Below are positions 16,332 to 25,756 of a stretch of DNA of 64,000 nucleotides, in pieces. The notes beneath the pieces were generated by a model. It was not told where the DNA came from. It did not search any database and was given only the letters and a program-made list of their open reading frames with translations. The first letter of the stretch is position 1. Each line of letters opens with the position of its first letter. The stretch comes from Gammaproteobacteria bacterium F7 (lineage in GTDB: Bacteria > Pseudomonadota > Gammaproteobacteria > Pseudomonadales > IMCC2047), in contig LUKI01000002.1 in NCBI GenBank assembly GCA_001593685.1, forward strand, positions 16,077-80,076. The letters are read 5' to 3'. Both the position numbers and the translations under genes were made by a program.

Positions 16332-18752
16332 ATGATAAAAAAAGCCCTTAAATATTATCTCATCGGATGCGGTATCGCCCTACACATTGGCGCACTAGCG
16401 GGGCTGTATTATGTGCTTGATCATTTTGCACTCACGCCTCGACAGTTTTTGGTAAAACTCGTTGAAAAATCAGGTCTTGATTCACCGCTGCTCATCTCTG
16501 CTGTTGAACCTGCATCCCGTTATGATGACCACCTATTTGATGGAACTATAAAAACAAGTCATCCGCGGGTACTGCTACCCGAAATTGCCGGCCTTTCGCC
16601 CCAGGACCGCATAAACTTTTTTAAAAACCGCCAATACCTATACCAAAACAGCCCAATCAGCGCGCCCGCCTTACCCTGTAACCAATCAAGTTTGTCGGCC
16701 TTAACAACCTGCTGGCTAACAACGGGCAACCCGGAAAAATTCGATTTAGCCATCAACAAGCTACTAAATTTCAAGGTGGAAACTCCCGACGCCAGTGCTC
16801 GATACGGCAACGCCTGGTTATTGGCCTTTAGCTATGACTTACTCGCAATCAGTCCCAAGCTCACTAACGAGCAACACCAACAAATACAAAATAAACTCGA
16901 AACCGCGCTCATCGAGTATCTGCGGGTACTTGATGAAAACTCGCCCTCACTCTGGCACGGTCGTTTATCCCTCTCGTCCAATGCCTGGCTGGTTGCCACA
17001 ACACTCGAGGCTAACACTGATAAACGCCGTAACCTGGTAACCCGCGCCCAGGGTCACTTCCTTGACTCCGTGCAATCCGTCGCCATTACTGAGGTTTGGC
17101 CAGAGGGCTACAACTACTGGATTAACAACCGAGCCTTTTACTTTGCGCTCGCCGCTTCTGCTTACATAAACGGGCTTGCCAATAGCGAGCATGCGGGTGA
17201 AATAAAACAACTTCTTGAACGCGTCGGACGCTGGCATATCTACGCAACCCGCCCGGACAACAAAATACAGGGCTACGCTGACGAAGGCCCACGCCTTGAT
17301 CTTAAGGACGAAACCCGTCGCGTCATAGACATTATTGCCAGCACAACCGGTGATGAACAATTAGCCAATTACTCCCTCTACCTGCAAAATCTGCACGGGC
17401 GCGAGAGCTACTACAGAGACTTCCGCTGGGGCTTCCACCTATTTAACAACCCGCGACTGCTGTCACCTCTGGCCAAGGGTAATCTTGCCGATTTTTCAAA
17501 TAACCTACCCCAAGCGGCCCTATTTGGTCGCAATGGCAGTAATGCACTTTACCTACGTTCAAGCTGGGATAAGAGTGCCACTCACCTGACCTACCGGGCC
17601 GGTCACAGCTTTACTCACCACGGCCATTATGATGCCGGACACTTCACGCTGTTCAAGGGCCAGCCGCTGGCGGTCAATAGCAGCACCTATGGCGACTATA
17701 CCGGTGAAAACCGATTGAATTACTCCATTCGCACCATTGCTAAAAACGCCCTGTTGATTCAACGTCCTGGCGAAGAGGTCTCACCTAATCGGTTTTTCAA
17801 AGAAAATGTCAGTGATGGTGGACAACGCCTTACGCTGCCAACCGGCAGCGCCCTACAATCCACCCAGCACTGGCAGGAAAATCTTTATAAAAACCAGCAC
17901 CTGGAAGGCGCCGAACTGGAACAGTTCTCTGACAGCGCCAACTACACTTTTATTCAAAGTGACCTGACAGCAGCCTATAACAACAGTAAATACGATGAAA
18001 ATAGTGACGGCGGCAAGGTCAACAAAGTACAACGCTCGCTGTTTTATTTAAAAAACGAAGACATTTTATTAGTCCGCGACCACATAAAAACAAACGATCA
18101 ATCATATCATGCAAAATGGCTTTTGCACTCTCTCAACAAACCTGAGATCAGCTCAGAAAAAGTCCTTAAAGGTCACCGCGATAATGGCATTTTAGCCAGC
18201 ACAAACGGTCAAGCCTTGATCAGGGAAAAACAGAGCCGCCTCTCGGTCGACGCACTATACCCCACCGATGCCAGAATTCACTTAATCGGCGGCCACGCTT
18301 ACCGCTACTACGTTGAAGTGGATGGCGACGACCAAACACTTGATGGGAAAAATATGAGTGCCGGTAGCAATGACGCGGCCTGGTTTGAAAAAGCCAACTG
18401 GCGCATGGAAATTTTTTCACCGACACCAAACACAGAACAGGATTTCCTGGTCGCGCTTGCCCCTTCCATCAATAAGCCTCACCCCATCAAAGCAACGCGC
18501 CTGACGACCTCAGACAACCAGTACGGTGCGCTGTTAGGCAATACAGCCGTGATTTACACTGACTCACGGGGAGAGTTCTCGATTGAACTGCCCGGCAACA
18601 TCAAACACCTTTATCTCATTGGTCCGATTCACCAGCCTCGACATATTTCAACAAATAGCCAGCCCTTACAATCCGTCACACACAAAGACATCATTACCCG
18701 AGTGCTATTACCCGATAACCTCACCAACAAAACCCTGCATATTCAGTTGTAA
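16332..18752 (+). CDS. Membrane-anchored heparinase II/III-family (polysaccharide lyase-like) protein
   Basis: N-terminal TM anchor. HSFTHHGHYDAGHFTLFKGQPLAVNSSTYGDY matches the Hepar_II_III signature (H.H.D.G.F...G......Y). Substrate unknown. Confidence 0.6.
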   Translation: MIKKALKYYLIGCGIALHIGALAGLYYVLDHFALTPRQFLVKLVEKSGLDSPLLISAVEPASRYDDHLFDGTIKTSHPRVLLPEIAGLSPQDRINFFKNRQYLYQNSPISAPALPCNQSSLSALTTCWLTTGNPEKFDLAINKLLNFKVETPDASARYGNAWLLAFSYDLLAISPKLTNEQHQQIQNKLETALIEYLRVLDENSPSLWHGRLSLSSNAWLVATTLEANTDKRRNLVTRAQGHFLDSVQSVAITEVWPEGYNYWINNRAFYFALAASAYINGLANSEHAGEIKQLLERVGRWHIYATRPDNKIQGYADEGPRLDLKDETRRVIDIIASTTGDEQLANYSLYLQNLHGRESYYRDFRWGFHLFNNPRLLSPLAKGNLADFSNNLPQAALFGRNGSNALYLRSSWDKSATHLTYRAGHSFTHHGHYDAGHFTLFKGQPLAVNSSTYGDYTGENRLNYSIRTIAKNALLIQRPGEEVSPNRFFKENVSDGGQRLTLPTGSALQSTQHWQENLYKNQHLEGAELEQFSDSANYTFIQSDLTAAYNNSKYDENSDGGKVNKVQRSLFYLKNEDILLVRDHIKTNDQSYHAKWLLHSLNKPEISSEKVLKGHRDNGILASTNGQALIREKQSRLSVDALYPTDARIHLIGGHAYRYYVEVDGDDQTLDGKNMSAGSNDAAWFEKANWRMEIFSPTPNTEQDFLVALAPSINKPHPIKATRLTTSDNQYGALLGNTAVIYTDSRGEFSIELPGNIKHLYLIGPIHQPRHISTNSQPLQSVTHKDIITRVLLPDNLTNKTLHIQL

Positions 18753-18772
18753 TCACGCCGCCAACACCTAAA

Positions 18773-20413
18773 ATGACAGCATTCTCAATTTTGCCTCATT
18801 TCAGGATTACAACTTTCTCAATGACGAGTCTTGTTCACAGCGGTATTCAGCAACACGCCACCACTTCGCCACAACGAGTAGCGGTCACATTCAAGAATGA
18901 AACACTGACCTACCAAGCGTTATGGCAACAACTTGAACAGTTTGCTAACGCCATCAAGTCACTCGGCTGCCAACGTGGTGACCGTATTGCCGTATACTTG
19001 CCTAAACAGTTCGAAACCCTCATTACGCTGTTTGGCAGTAGTCTTGCCGACTGTGTCTTTGTGCCAGTCAACCCCGTTTTGAAAGCTAAGCAGGTCGGCC
19101 ATATTCTACGGGACTGTGATGCCAAGCTACTGCTGACTTCCGCAGAACGCGCCAAACAGCTAAGCGATACACTGATCGAATGCCCCAGTCTTGAGCATGT
19201 TGTTTTCAGTAACCAGGCAAAAACCGAATTTGAGCTAGGCGCAATACAAATTCACCACTGGCAGCAGCTGCTGACCAACCACACAGGTTTACCGTTAACA
19301 CAACAAAGCGCGATTGATGCGGATGTCGCCGCCATTCTTTATACCTCAGGCAGTACCGGCAAACCCAAGGGCGTAGTGTTATCACACCGCAATATCGTGG
19401 CTGGCGCGGAAAGTGTGTCCAGCTATCTCAATAACACCCCCGAAGACAAGCTGCTGGCCGTACTACCGCTAAGTTTTGACTATGGTTTCAGCCAGCTCAC
19501 CACCGCTTTTTTAGTGGGCGCTGAAGTCGTGCTTATGGACTACCTGTTACCGCGTGATGTGTTAAAAGCGATTGCCAAACACCAAATTACCGGCTTAGCC
19601 GCCGTACCGCCGCTATGGAAACAATTGGTTAATCTTGAATGGCCAGACGAAGCAAAAGACTGCTTACGCTTCATCACCAACTCTGGCGGTCACATGCCAT
19701 CCAGTATTGTTAGCCACTTACAAAGCACCCTGCCAAATACCGATATTTACTTAATGTACGGCCTGACAGAAGCCTTCCGCTCCACCTACTTGCCACCCGA
19801 CGAAATTGGCCAACGCCCAGGCTCCATTGGCAAAGCTATTCCCAATGCAGAGGTCATGGTGGTGCGCCCTGATGGCTCCGAGTGCGACGCAGAGGAGCCC
19901 GGCGAACTTGTTCACCGTGGCGTGCATGTCGCGCTAGGCTACTGGAACGACCCAGCAAAAACAGCTGAACGTTTTAAGCCAGCGCCCAGCAAACACCGCG
20001 CCCTGCCACTACAGGAAATTGCCGTTTGGTCTGGCGATCAGGTCAAACGAGACAAAGACGGTTATCTGTACTTTATGACCCGCCAGGACGAAATGATCAA
20101 AACCTCTGGCTACCGTGTCAGCCCTGGCGAAGTGGAAGAGGAAATTCAGAGCAGCGGCCTCGTCACTGACTTGGCTGTATTCGGCCTTCCACACCCACTG
20201 CTCGGACAGGGCATCGTCGTTATTGCTGAAAGCAACGGTGAGCCGGACAGCCAGGCACTACAGCGCTATTGCCAAAAAAACTTGCCCAATTTTATGGTGC
20301 CGCATCATATCGAATGGCATGACAGCCTGCCACGCAACCCAAACGGCAAAATTGACCGTAACAGCCTGAAAAATGCATTACCGCAAGATTTATTTGAGGA
20401 TAAAAATTCATGA
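18773..20413 (+). CDS. Acyl-CoA/acyl-carrier ligase (AMP-forming), exosortase A system-associated type
   Basis: Adenylate-forming core motifs YTSGSTGKPKG, GYRVSPGEVE and PRNPNGKIDR. Invariably paired with the next gene in XrtA loci (family recalled as TIGR03098). An alternative start at ATG 18821 (MTSLVHSG...) is possible. Confidence 0.8.
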   Translation: MTAFSILPHFRITTFSMTSLVHSGIQQHATTSPQRVAVTFKNETLTYQALWQQLEQFANAIKSLGCQRGDRIAVYLPKQFETLITLFGSSLADCVFVPVNPVLKAKQVGHILRDCDAKLLLTSAERAKQLSDTLIECPSLEHVVFSNQAKTEFELGAIQIHHWQQLLTNHTGLPLTQQSAIDADVAAILYTSGSTGKPKGVVLSHRNIVAGAESVSSYLNNTPEDKLLAVLPLSFDYGFSQLTTAFLVGAEVVLMDYLLPRDVLKAIAKHQITGLAAVPPLWKQLVNLEWPDEAKDCLRFITNSGGHMPSSIVSHLQSTLPNTDIYLMYGLTEAFRSTYLPPDEIGQRPGSIGKAIPNAEVMVVRPDGSECDAEEPGELVHRGVHVALGYWNDPAKTAERFKPAPSKHRALPLQEIAVWSGDQVKRDKDGYLYFMTRQDEMIKTSGYRVSPGEVEEEIQSSGLVTDLAVFGLPHPLLGQGIVVIAESNGEPDSQALQRYCQKNLPNFMVPHHIEWHDSLPRNPNGKIDRNSLKNALPQDLFEDKNS

Positions 20414-21651
20414 GCACGAACAAACCCACTCCGCAACACGCGCCCATGGATCAATTCCCCATTAAAGACGGCTGTTTGAGCGTCGCTGGCCGCAGCATCC
20501 TAGACATCGCCCAACAAATCGGAAGCACACCCTTTTATGTCTATGACAGCGACCTCATGGAGCAACGCGTTACACAATTACGCAACGCGCTTCCCAAAAA
20601 AATTCACCTGCATTACGCCATGAAAGCCAATCCCATGCCCATTGTTGTCAGCCATATGGCCAACTTTGTTGACGGCCTGGATGTAGCCTCAGGTGGAGAG
20701 CTCGATGTCGCACTGGCCTGCGGTGTAAGCGCCAAAGATATCAGTTTCGCAGGCCCCGGCAAGCAGGACTGGGAACTCGAAGCCGCCATCAAAGCCGGCA
20801 TCACGCTTAACATAGAATCCGAAAATGAACTCAGACGTGCGGCCCGCATCAGCTCGGAATTATGCAAACAGGCCAACATCGCCATTCGTGTCAATCCAGA
20901 TTTTGAATTAAAAGCCTCCGGCATGAAAATGGGCGGAGGCCCCAAGCAGTTTGGCATAGACGCTGAACGTGTACCCGATGTACTCAAAGAAATTGGTGAG
21001 CTAGGCCTGCATTTTCGCGGTTTTCACATCTTCTGCGGTTCGCAAAACTTGAAACCAGAAGCCATCATCGAAGCCCACGACAATACCTTTGAGCTGGCGC
21101 TACGTCTTGCCAAAGACGCGCCCAGTCCAGTCGAGCTGCTCAATATCGGCGGCGGCCTCGGTATCCCCTATTTTCCCGGCGAAACCCGTATCGACCTAGG
21201 CCCCATTGCAGCTAACCTGGAAGCAAAGTTACCCGCTGTTTGTGAAGCGCTACCAGAGGCAGAAATCGTCATGGAGCTGGGCCGCTATCTAGTTGGCGAA
21301 GCCGGCCTTTACGTCAGCAAAGTGATCGACAAAAAAGTATCGCGCGGCCATACCTACCTCATCGTCGATGGCGGGCTACACCACCACCTTTCAGCTTCTG
21401 GAAACTTCGGCCAGGTAATTCGGAAAAACTATCCGGTTGCTATCGCCAATCGTATGGAAAGCACGGAAACCGAAGAGGTCTCTGTAGTTGGCCCGTTATG
21501 CACGCCACTCGATATTCTGGCCAATAACATGACGCTGCCCAAAGCTGATATTGGCGATCTAGTAGCCGTCTACCAATCTGGTGCCTATGGCTACTCCGCC
21601 AGCCCCCATCAGTTTTTGAGTCATCCGGGTGCGAAGGAGTTATTAATATGA
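20410..21651 (+). CDS. PLP-dependent decarboxylase (Orn/DAP/Arg decarboxylase fold III), exosortase A system-associated type
   Basis: YAMKANP (PLP-Lys), GGGLGIPY and the C-terminal CTPLD/GAYG blocks. ATGA overlap with the ligase gene. Family recalled as TIGR03099. Confidence 0.8.
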   Translation: MSTNKPTPQHAPMDQFPIKDGCLSVAGRSILDIAQQIGSTPFYVYDSDLMEQRVTQLRNALPKKIHLHYAMKANPMPIVVSHMANFVDGLDVASGGELDVALACGVSAKDISFAGPGKQDWELEAAIKAGITLNIESENELRRAARISSELCKQANIAIRVNPDFELKASGMKMGGGPKQFGIDAERVPDVLKEIGELGLHFRGFHIFCGSQNLKPEAIIEAHDNTFELALRLAKDAPSPVELLNIGGGLGIPYFPGETRIDLGPIAANLEAKLPAVCEALPEAEIVMELGRYLVGEAGLYVSKVIDKKVSRGHTYLIVDGGLHHHLSASGNFGQVIRKNYPVAIANRMESTETEEVSVVGPLCTPLDILANNMTLPKADIGDLVAVYQSGAYGYSASPHQFLSHPGAKELLI

Positions 21652-21762
21652 TCGGCATAGTACTGCCTGCCAACATTGACACCAATAGTGCTATTGCGTC
21701 ACTGATGAAGAGGTTATAGGCTTTTAATTCGGGATCATGACCGACTGGAGGCACCAAATATT

Positions 21763-23130
21763 ATGTGGAACCCCCTGCCTTATCAATGGCCCAGGGTAAG
21801 ATCAAAACATTTCTGTGCCCGGCCATTATTGTTTTTATTGCTATTTCCCGTTGCTTACCTGGTCATAGGTAACACAGCCCCCGTCAACGCGAAACAGTCG
21901 TCAGTAGCACCCGCCTCCCAGCCACTAAACCAATTTTCAGCAAGCAACTTGCCAGCAAAAATACACGGCCAAAACCTCAAACAGTGCCTCACCAAACTAA
22001 ACGCTCAGGGTGCTGGCTGGTGTGAAATTTATCGCAGCAGGCAGCACCCTTCCATCTCTTCTGTGTGGCCAAAAAAACTTGATAAGAAAACAAAAATGAG
22101 GACAGGGCCTGCATCCATATTAATTGCATGGAATGGCGCCGCATTTGATGAAGAGAACAGAGTGCTTTACTTTTTTGGTGGCGGCCACAAAGATTATGGA
22201 GGTAATGAAGTCTACCGTTTTAAGCTTGATAGCGGCGAATGGACGCGTCTGACGGACCCGTCTCCCCTCGACTATTTATACGTCGTAGCCAATTATAATG
22301 CGCGTCCCGACAAGCCTTGGCGGATGCTCTGCTGGATTCCCGATATCGATAAAATACCCGCCAGCACTCACACCTATGATGGCTTTATTTTTAGTCATAA
22401 AACAAAAACCCTATTTCTTTATGCTCAAGGCATCGCAAACGGCTCTTGTTTTGAAGATAAAAATGATACTTACAAAAACACCCCCGGCATTACGAGTTCA
22501 GGATACAGAGCTCTAGGTTGGTATGAATTTAACCCTTCACCAAATTCACTAAACAACGGTTTAGCGCCATTAAGCTGGCGTAAAGTATTTAATTCAGATC
22601 AACTAGAAAAATTTAACATCCATAAAGGTTATCCTGCATCCGTTGAGTTCCAAGATGGAAAAATTGCATTTGGTTCGAAATACCGTACAGCAATATATGA
22701 CCCAACAAACCCAATAATGAGTTCAATAAAACCCTTTACCTACCAAGCAGACTGGGGAGATGGAACTAAAATATATGACCACCAAAGAAAAGTCATCTGG
22801 TCACTACATAAGGATACATTATTAAGCTTTAATGCGATTAATGGCCGTTCAATTTTAAAAATTAAAGCTAACGTAGATCATGGAAAATCATTAGCTATAG
22901 ATAATCGGGGTCGTATTTTATCCTGGAATGGTAAATCCAAAATTTACTCTTTAGCTTCTGACAAAGAAACACCCTATTGGAAGGAGTTTAATTGGGGAGA
23001 AAATGGTCCTCAACTAGGGGATAACAGAGTCTATGGGAAGTGGGTTTATCTTCCAAAGTATGATGTTTTTGTTGGCTTATCAAGTCATAAAACTGGCGTC
23101 TGGGTCTATAAACATTCAGCCCAATGGTAA
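21763..23130 (+). CDS. Hypothetical signal-anchored/secreted protein, possibly beta-propeller (Kelch-like)
   Basis: 455-aa ORF with an N-terminal hydrophobic segment. FFGGGHKDYGGNEVYRFKLDSGEWTRL resembles a Kelch blade. No confident family. First gene of the AT-rich block. Confidence 0.5.
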   Translation: MWNPLPYQWPRVRSKHFCARPLLFLLLFPVAYLVIGNTAPVNAKQSSVAPASQPLNQFSASNLPAKIHGQNLKQCLTKLNAQGAGWCEIYRSRQHPSISSVWPKKLDKKTKMRTGPASILIAWNGAAFDEENRVLYFFGGGHKDYGGNEVYRFKLDSGEWTRLTDPSPLDYLYVVANYNARPDKPWRMLCWIPDIDKIPASTHTYDGFIFSHKTKTLFLYAQGIANGSCFEDKNDTYKNTPGITSSGYRALGWYEFNPSPNSLNNGLAPLSWRKVFNSDQLEKFNIHKGYPASVEFQDGKIAFGSKYRTAIYDPTNPIMSSIKPFTYQADWGDGTKIYDHQRKVIWSLHKDTLLSFNAINGRSILKIKANVDHGKSLAIDNRGRILSWNGKSKIYSLASDKETPYWKEFNWGENGPQLGDNRVYGKWVYLPKYDVFVGLSSHKTGVWVYKHSAQW

Positions 23131-23241
23131 AACAGTTACAGCCCTTGAAAAGCTCTCAGCTAGATTTTTGGGCTATAAACCGTAGCAAACTTGTTACAGT
23201 TACCATCATCCGAACCATTATTCTCTTGCCATTTACTATGG

Positions 23242-24477
23242 CTAATTTGACGTCGCTAACGCAGTAACTAAATCTGCTAATTCTTTGGTAAGCACTTTCC
23301 TATCAAATTGCTTATAGCCTTTGCACTTACTCTGCCAATCCCCTATAGAGATGAACCTAGAGAGAGTTTCTTCAATTCTTATTACATCATCTAATGGGGC
23401 AATAAAATCACCAATATTACAATCCTCAAGAATCTTAGCTGTATCGCTATCCGGGTCAACCCAACCAAGCACTGGCCGCTGCGCATACATATATTCAAAA
23501 ACCTTGGCGGGAATTTGCCAATTACAGGTTTTATCCTGAAATACCATAAGTGCATCGGCGTTAAGCATTTCCAACAAAGCGTCTTCATAGGAAATTGGGG
23601 CAGGAAAACTCACTAAGTCACTAATCCCCAGTTCGGTGACACGCTGACGGTAAAGCGACTCAAAACCGCAAGCGCGCAAGCGAAACTCGTGCAGATCCGC
23701 ACGAAGAACACCCTGTTCTTTAAGATTGCTAATTGCTTTAAAAAAGTTCTCAGGATTACGTTCGTAAACCGGAATAATGCCGCTATGCAGAAATACCTTT
23801 TTTTTATTCCTCTTTGGTACACCAGTTATCACAGGAAAATTATCACTATCAAAGCCATTGGTAATGAGCATACTCTTACCGGCAATTAAACTGGGGTAAC
23901 GGCCACGGTATTTTTCGATAGTGCCAGGCGAAGTAAAAACGATACGGTCTGCAAGGGTTAATAAACGTGCCTCAAACTTTTTTAGCCACTTAAAACGCCT
24001 CGTATCCTGATAGGTTTCCTCTTCCCAGATGGGGTCTCTCAAATCACAAATTAATGGCAACCCAGTTATCTTTTTTAGCCAATAGCCAATCACCAGCGCT
24101 GAAACAATTGGGTAAGTCACCCAAATCACTTCAGCTTTAGTACGCTTTATCAGTCGCAGCCCCTTAAATACGCCGAAAGGAATCCAGCTTGCCCAACGAT
24201 CGGGCGATGCAAGCATTCGTAAATATTTCCCCCGCCACGCAAAGTCACGCGCACCATCTTTAGCCGTACACCGGTAAACCTTTACCTTATCGAGGTCATC
24301 CAGTAACTGATAATTTTTGGCGTTTACCTGTTCGTAAGCATTAGGTTTTACCGTTAAAACCATCGGCTCCACGCCATAACCCGGTAAATATTTAGCAAAC
24401 TTCAAGGTGCGTAAAAATCCGCTACTAGCAGCAACTGGCGGGAAGTGATACGCAATCATTAAAACCTTATGGGGCAT
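23242..24477 (-). CDS. Glycosyltransferase (GT-B, GT4-like)
   Basis: KVLMIAYHFPP N-terminus and a C-terminal E(x7)E-like region (FEYMYAQRPVLG) typical of GT-B sugar transferases. Start placed at ATG 24477; the ORF-track start is TTG. Confidence 0.65.
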   Translation of the reverse strand: MPHKVLMIAYHFPPVAASSGFLRTLKFAKYLPGYGVEPMVLTVKPNAYEQVNAKNYQLLDDLDKVKVYRCTAKDGARDFAWRGKYLRMLASPDRWASWIPFGVFKGLRLIKRTKAEVIWVTYPIVSALVIGYWLKKITGLPLICDLRDPIWEEETYQDTRRFKWLKKFEARLLTLADRIVFTSPGTIEKYRGRYPSLIAGKSMLITNGFDSDNFPVITGVPKRNKKKVFLHSGIIPVYERNPENFFKAISNLKEQGVLRADLHEFRLRACGFESLYRQRVTELGISDLVSFPAPISYEDALLEMLNADALMVFQDKTCNWQIPAKVFEYMYAQRPVLGWVDPDSDTAKILEDCNIGDFIAPLDDVIRIEETLSRFISIGDWQSKCKGYKQFDRKVLTKELADLVTALATSN

Positions 24478-24687
24478 CGATCCATTACCTAAAATCAACA
24501 ATAGCTGAAATGTAGCACATCCTCAGCTGACAAACGCTTCCGTAGTAAATTAAAGAGAAATTCAACAACCCGGTTACATTGAAGTTAATTTATTCAAATA
24601 GCGTGCATAAAGCCCCTAATACTCTAGAATTACTGTCTTACCTGGATCACGAACCCACCGAATTATCGCGATTAAAAGAAAGGAAAA

Positions 24688-25707
24688 ATGGCAGACCAAT
24701 CAGTTCAATGGACAACGCACCCCATTCAAGCATTCGACGAAATTGCGACGCAGTGGCAACAACTCAACCAAAAAACAGCTAACTCGCTATTACTAGACCC
24801 GCGCTTTGTTAAACCGCTAATCAAATACTTTGGTGAGAGTGAAATGCTGATCGCATTAGCTCGTCATCATGAAACGCTGGTTGCTGCCAGCATCCTCACA
24901 AAAGTCGGCTTTGGACAATGGCAAACCTTTCAGCCCTCTCAAGCGCCATTAGGCATGTGGCTCTGCACACCAGATTACTTTCACAATCGATCACTCTATC
25001 AGTCACTGACCCGCTCACTGCCTGGTACGGTGCTAACAATTAGCATCACACAACAGGATCCGAAACTTTTAGCACGCCCAGTTGATGATAAACATTTTTC
25101 TACACTTGATTACATCACAACCGCACGCCTGGACATTCCAGAAGACTTTGAAGCCTACTGGCAATCACGCAGTAAAAACGTACGCACCAGTGTCGGAAAA
25201 GCCAAACGGCGTTTGGAGAAAGAAGGGAAGAAAATCACATTTGACGTTGGGAAAGCGCTAAACAACATTCATGACGATGTAAAAAAATATGGTCAACTAG
25301 AGAGTGACGGTTGGAAAAATAATACAGGCACCGCCGTACATATCGATAATGACCAAGGAAAGTATTACACAGAAATGCTCAGTGCATTTGCTCCAGAACA
25401 GTGTCAAATCTGGCGCTATTATTTCGACTCAGAATTGGTCGCTACTGATCTATGCATCAATGATGACGAGACCATTTTTATTTTAAAAACCACTTATGCA
25501 GAACCCTGGCAACGCTACTCCCCCGCCTTCAGTCTGCATGTTGATGGTATCGAACATTGCTCAAAGATTGGCTTAAAGTCCATCGAGTTCTACGGCCCTT
25601 CGATGCAGTGGCATAAAAAGCTCACCGACGATGAGCGCGTCATGTATCATCTAACCTATTACACCTCGTCATTTGTAAAAACCTTAAAAGAACGACTTAA
25701 GACATAG
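24688..25707 (+). CDS. GNAT-fold acetyltransferase of the CelD/BioF2-like (FemAB-fold related) type
   Basis: 339 aa. The layout and C-terminal ..ILKTTY.E....YSP...L....IE.... resemble Acetyltransf_6 (PF13480) proteins found in polysaccharide loci. Good SD (AAGGAAAA). Confidence 0.55.
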   Translation: MADQSVQWTTHPIQAFDEIATQWQQLNQKTANSLLLDPRFVKPLIKYFGESEMLIALARHHETLVAASILTKVGFGQWQTFQPSQAPLGMWLCTPDYFHNRSLYQSLTRSLPGTVLTISITQQDPKLLARPVDDKHFSTLDYITTARLDIPEDFEAYWQSRSKNVRTSVGKAKRRLEKEGKKITFDVGKALNNIHDDVKKYGQLESDGWKNNTGTAVHIDNDQGKYYTEMLSAFAPEQCQIWRYYFDSELVATDLCINDDETIFILKTTYAEPWQRYSPAFSLHVDGIEHCSKIGLKSIEFYGPSMQWHKKLTDDERVMYHLTYYTSSFVKTLKERLKT

Positions 25708-25756
25708 TGACAGCCAACTTTGTAGCGCAATTTTCTAACTACCTCTTAACGATCAA

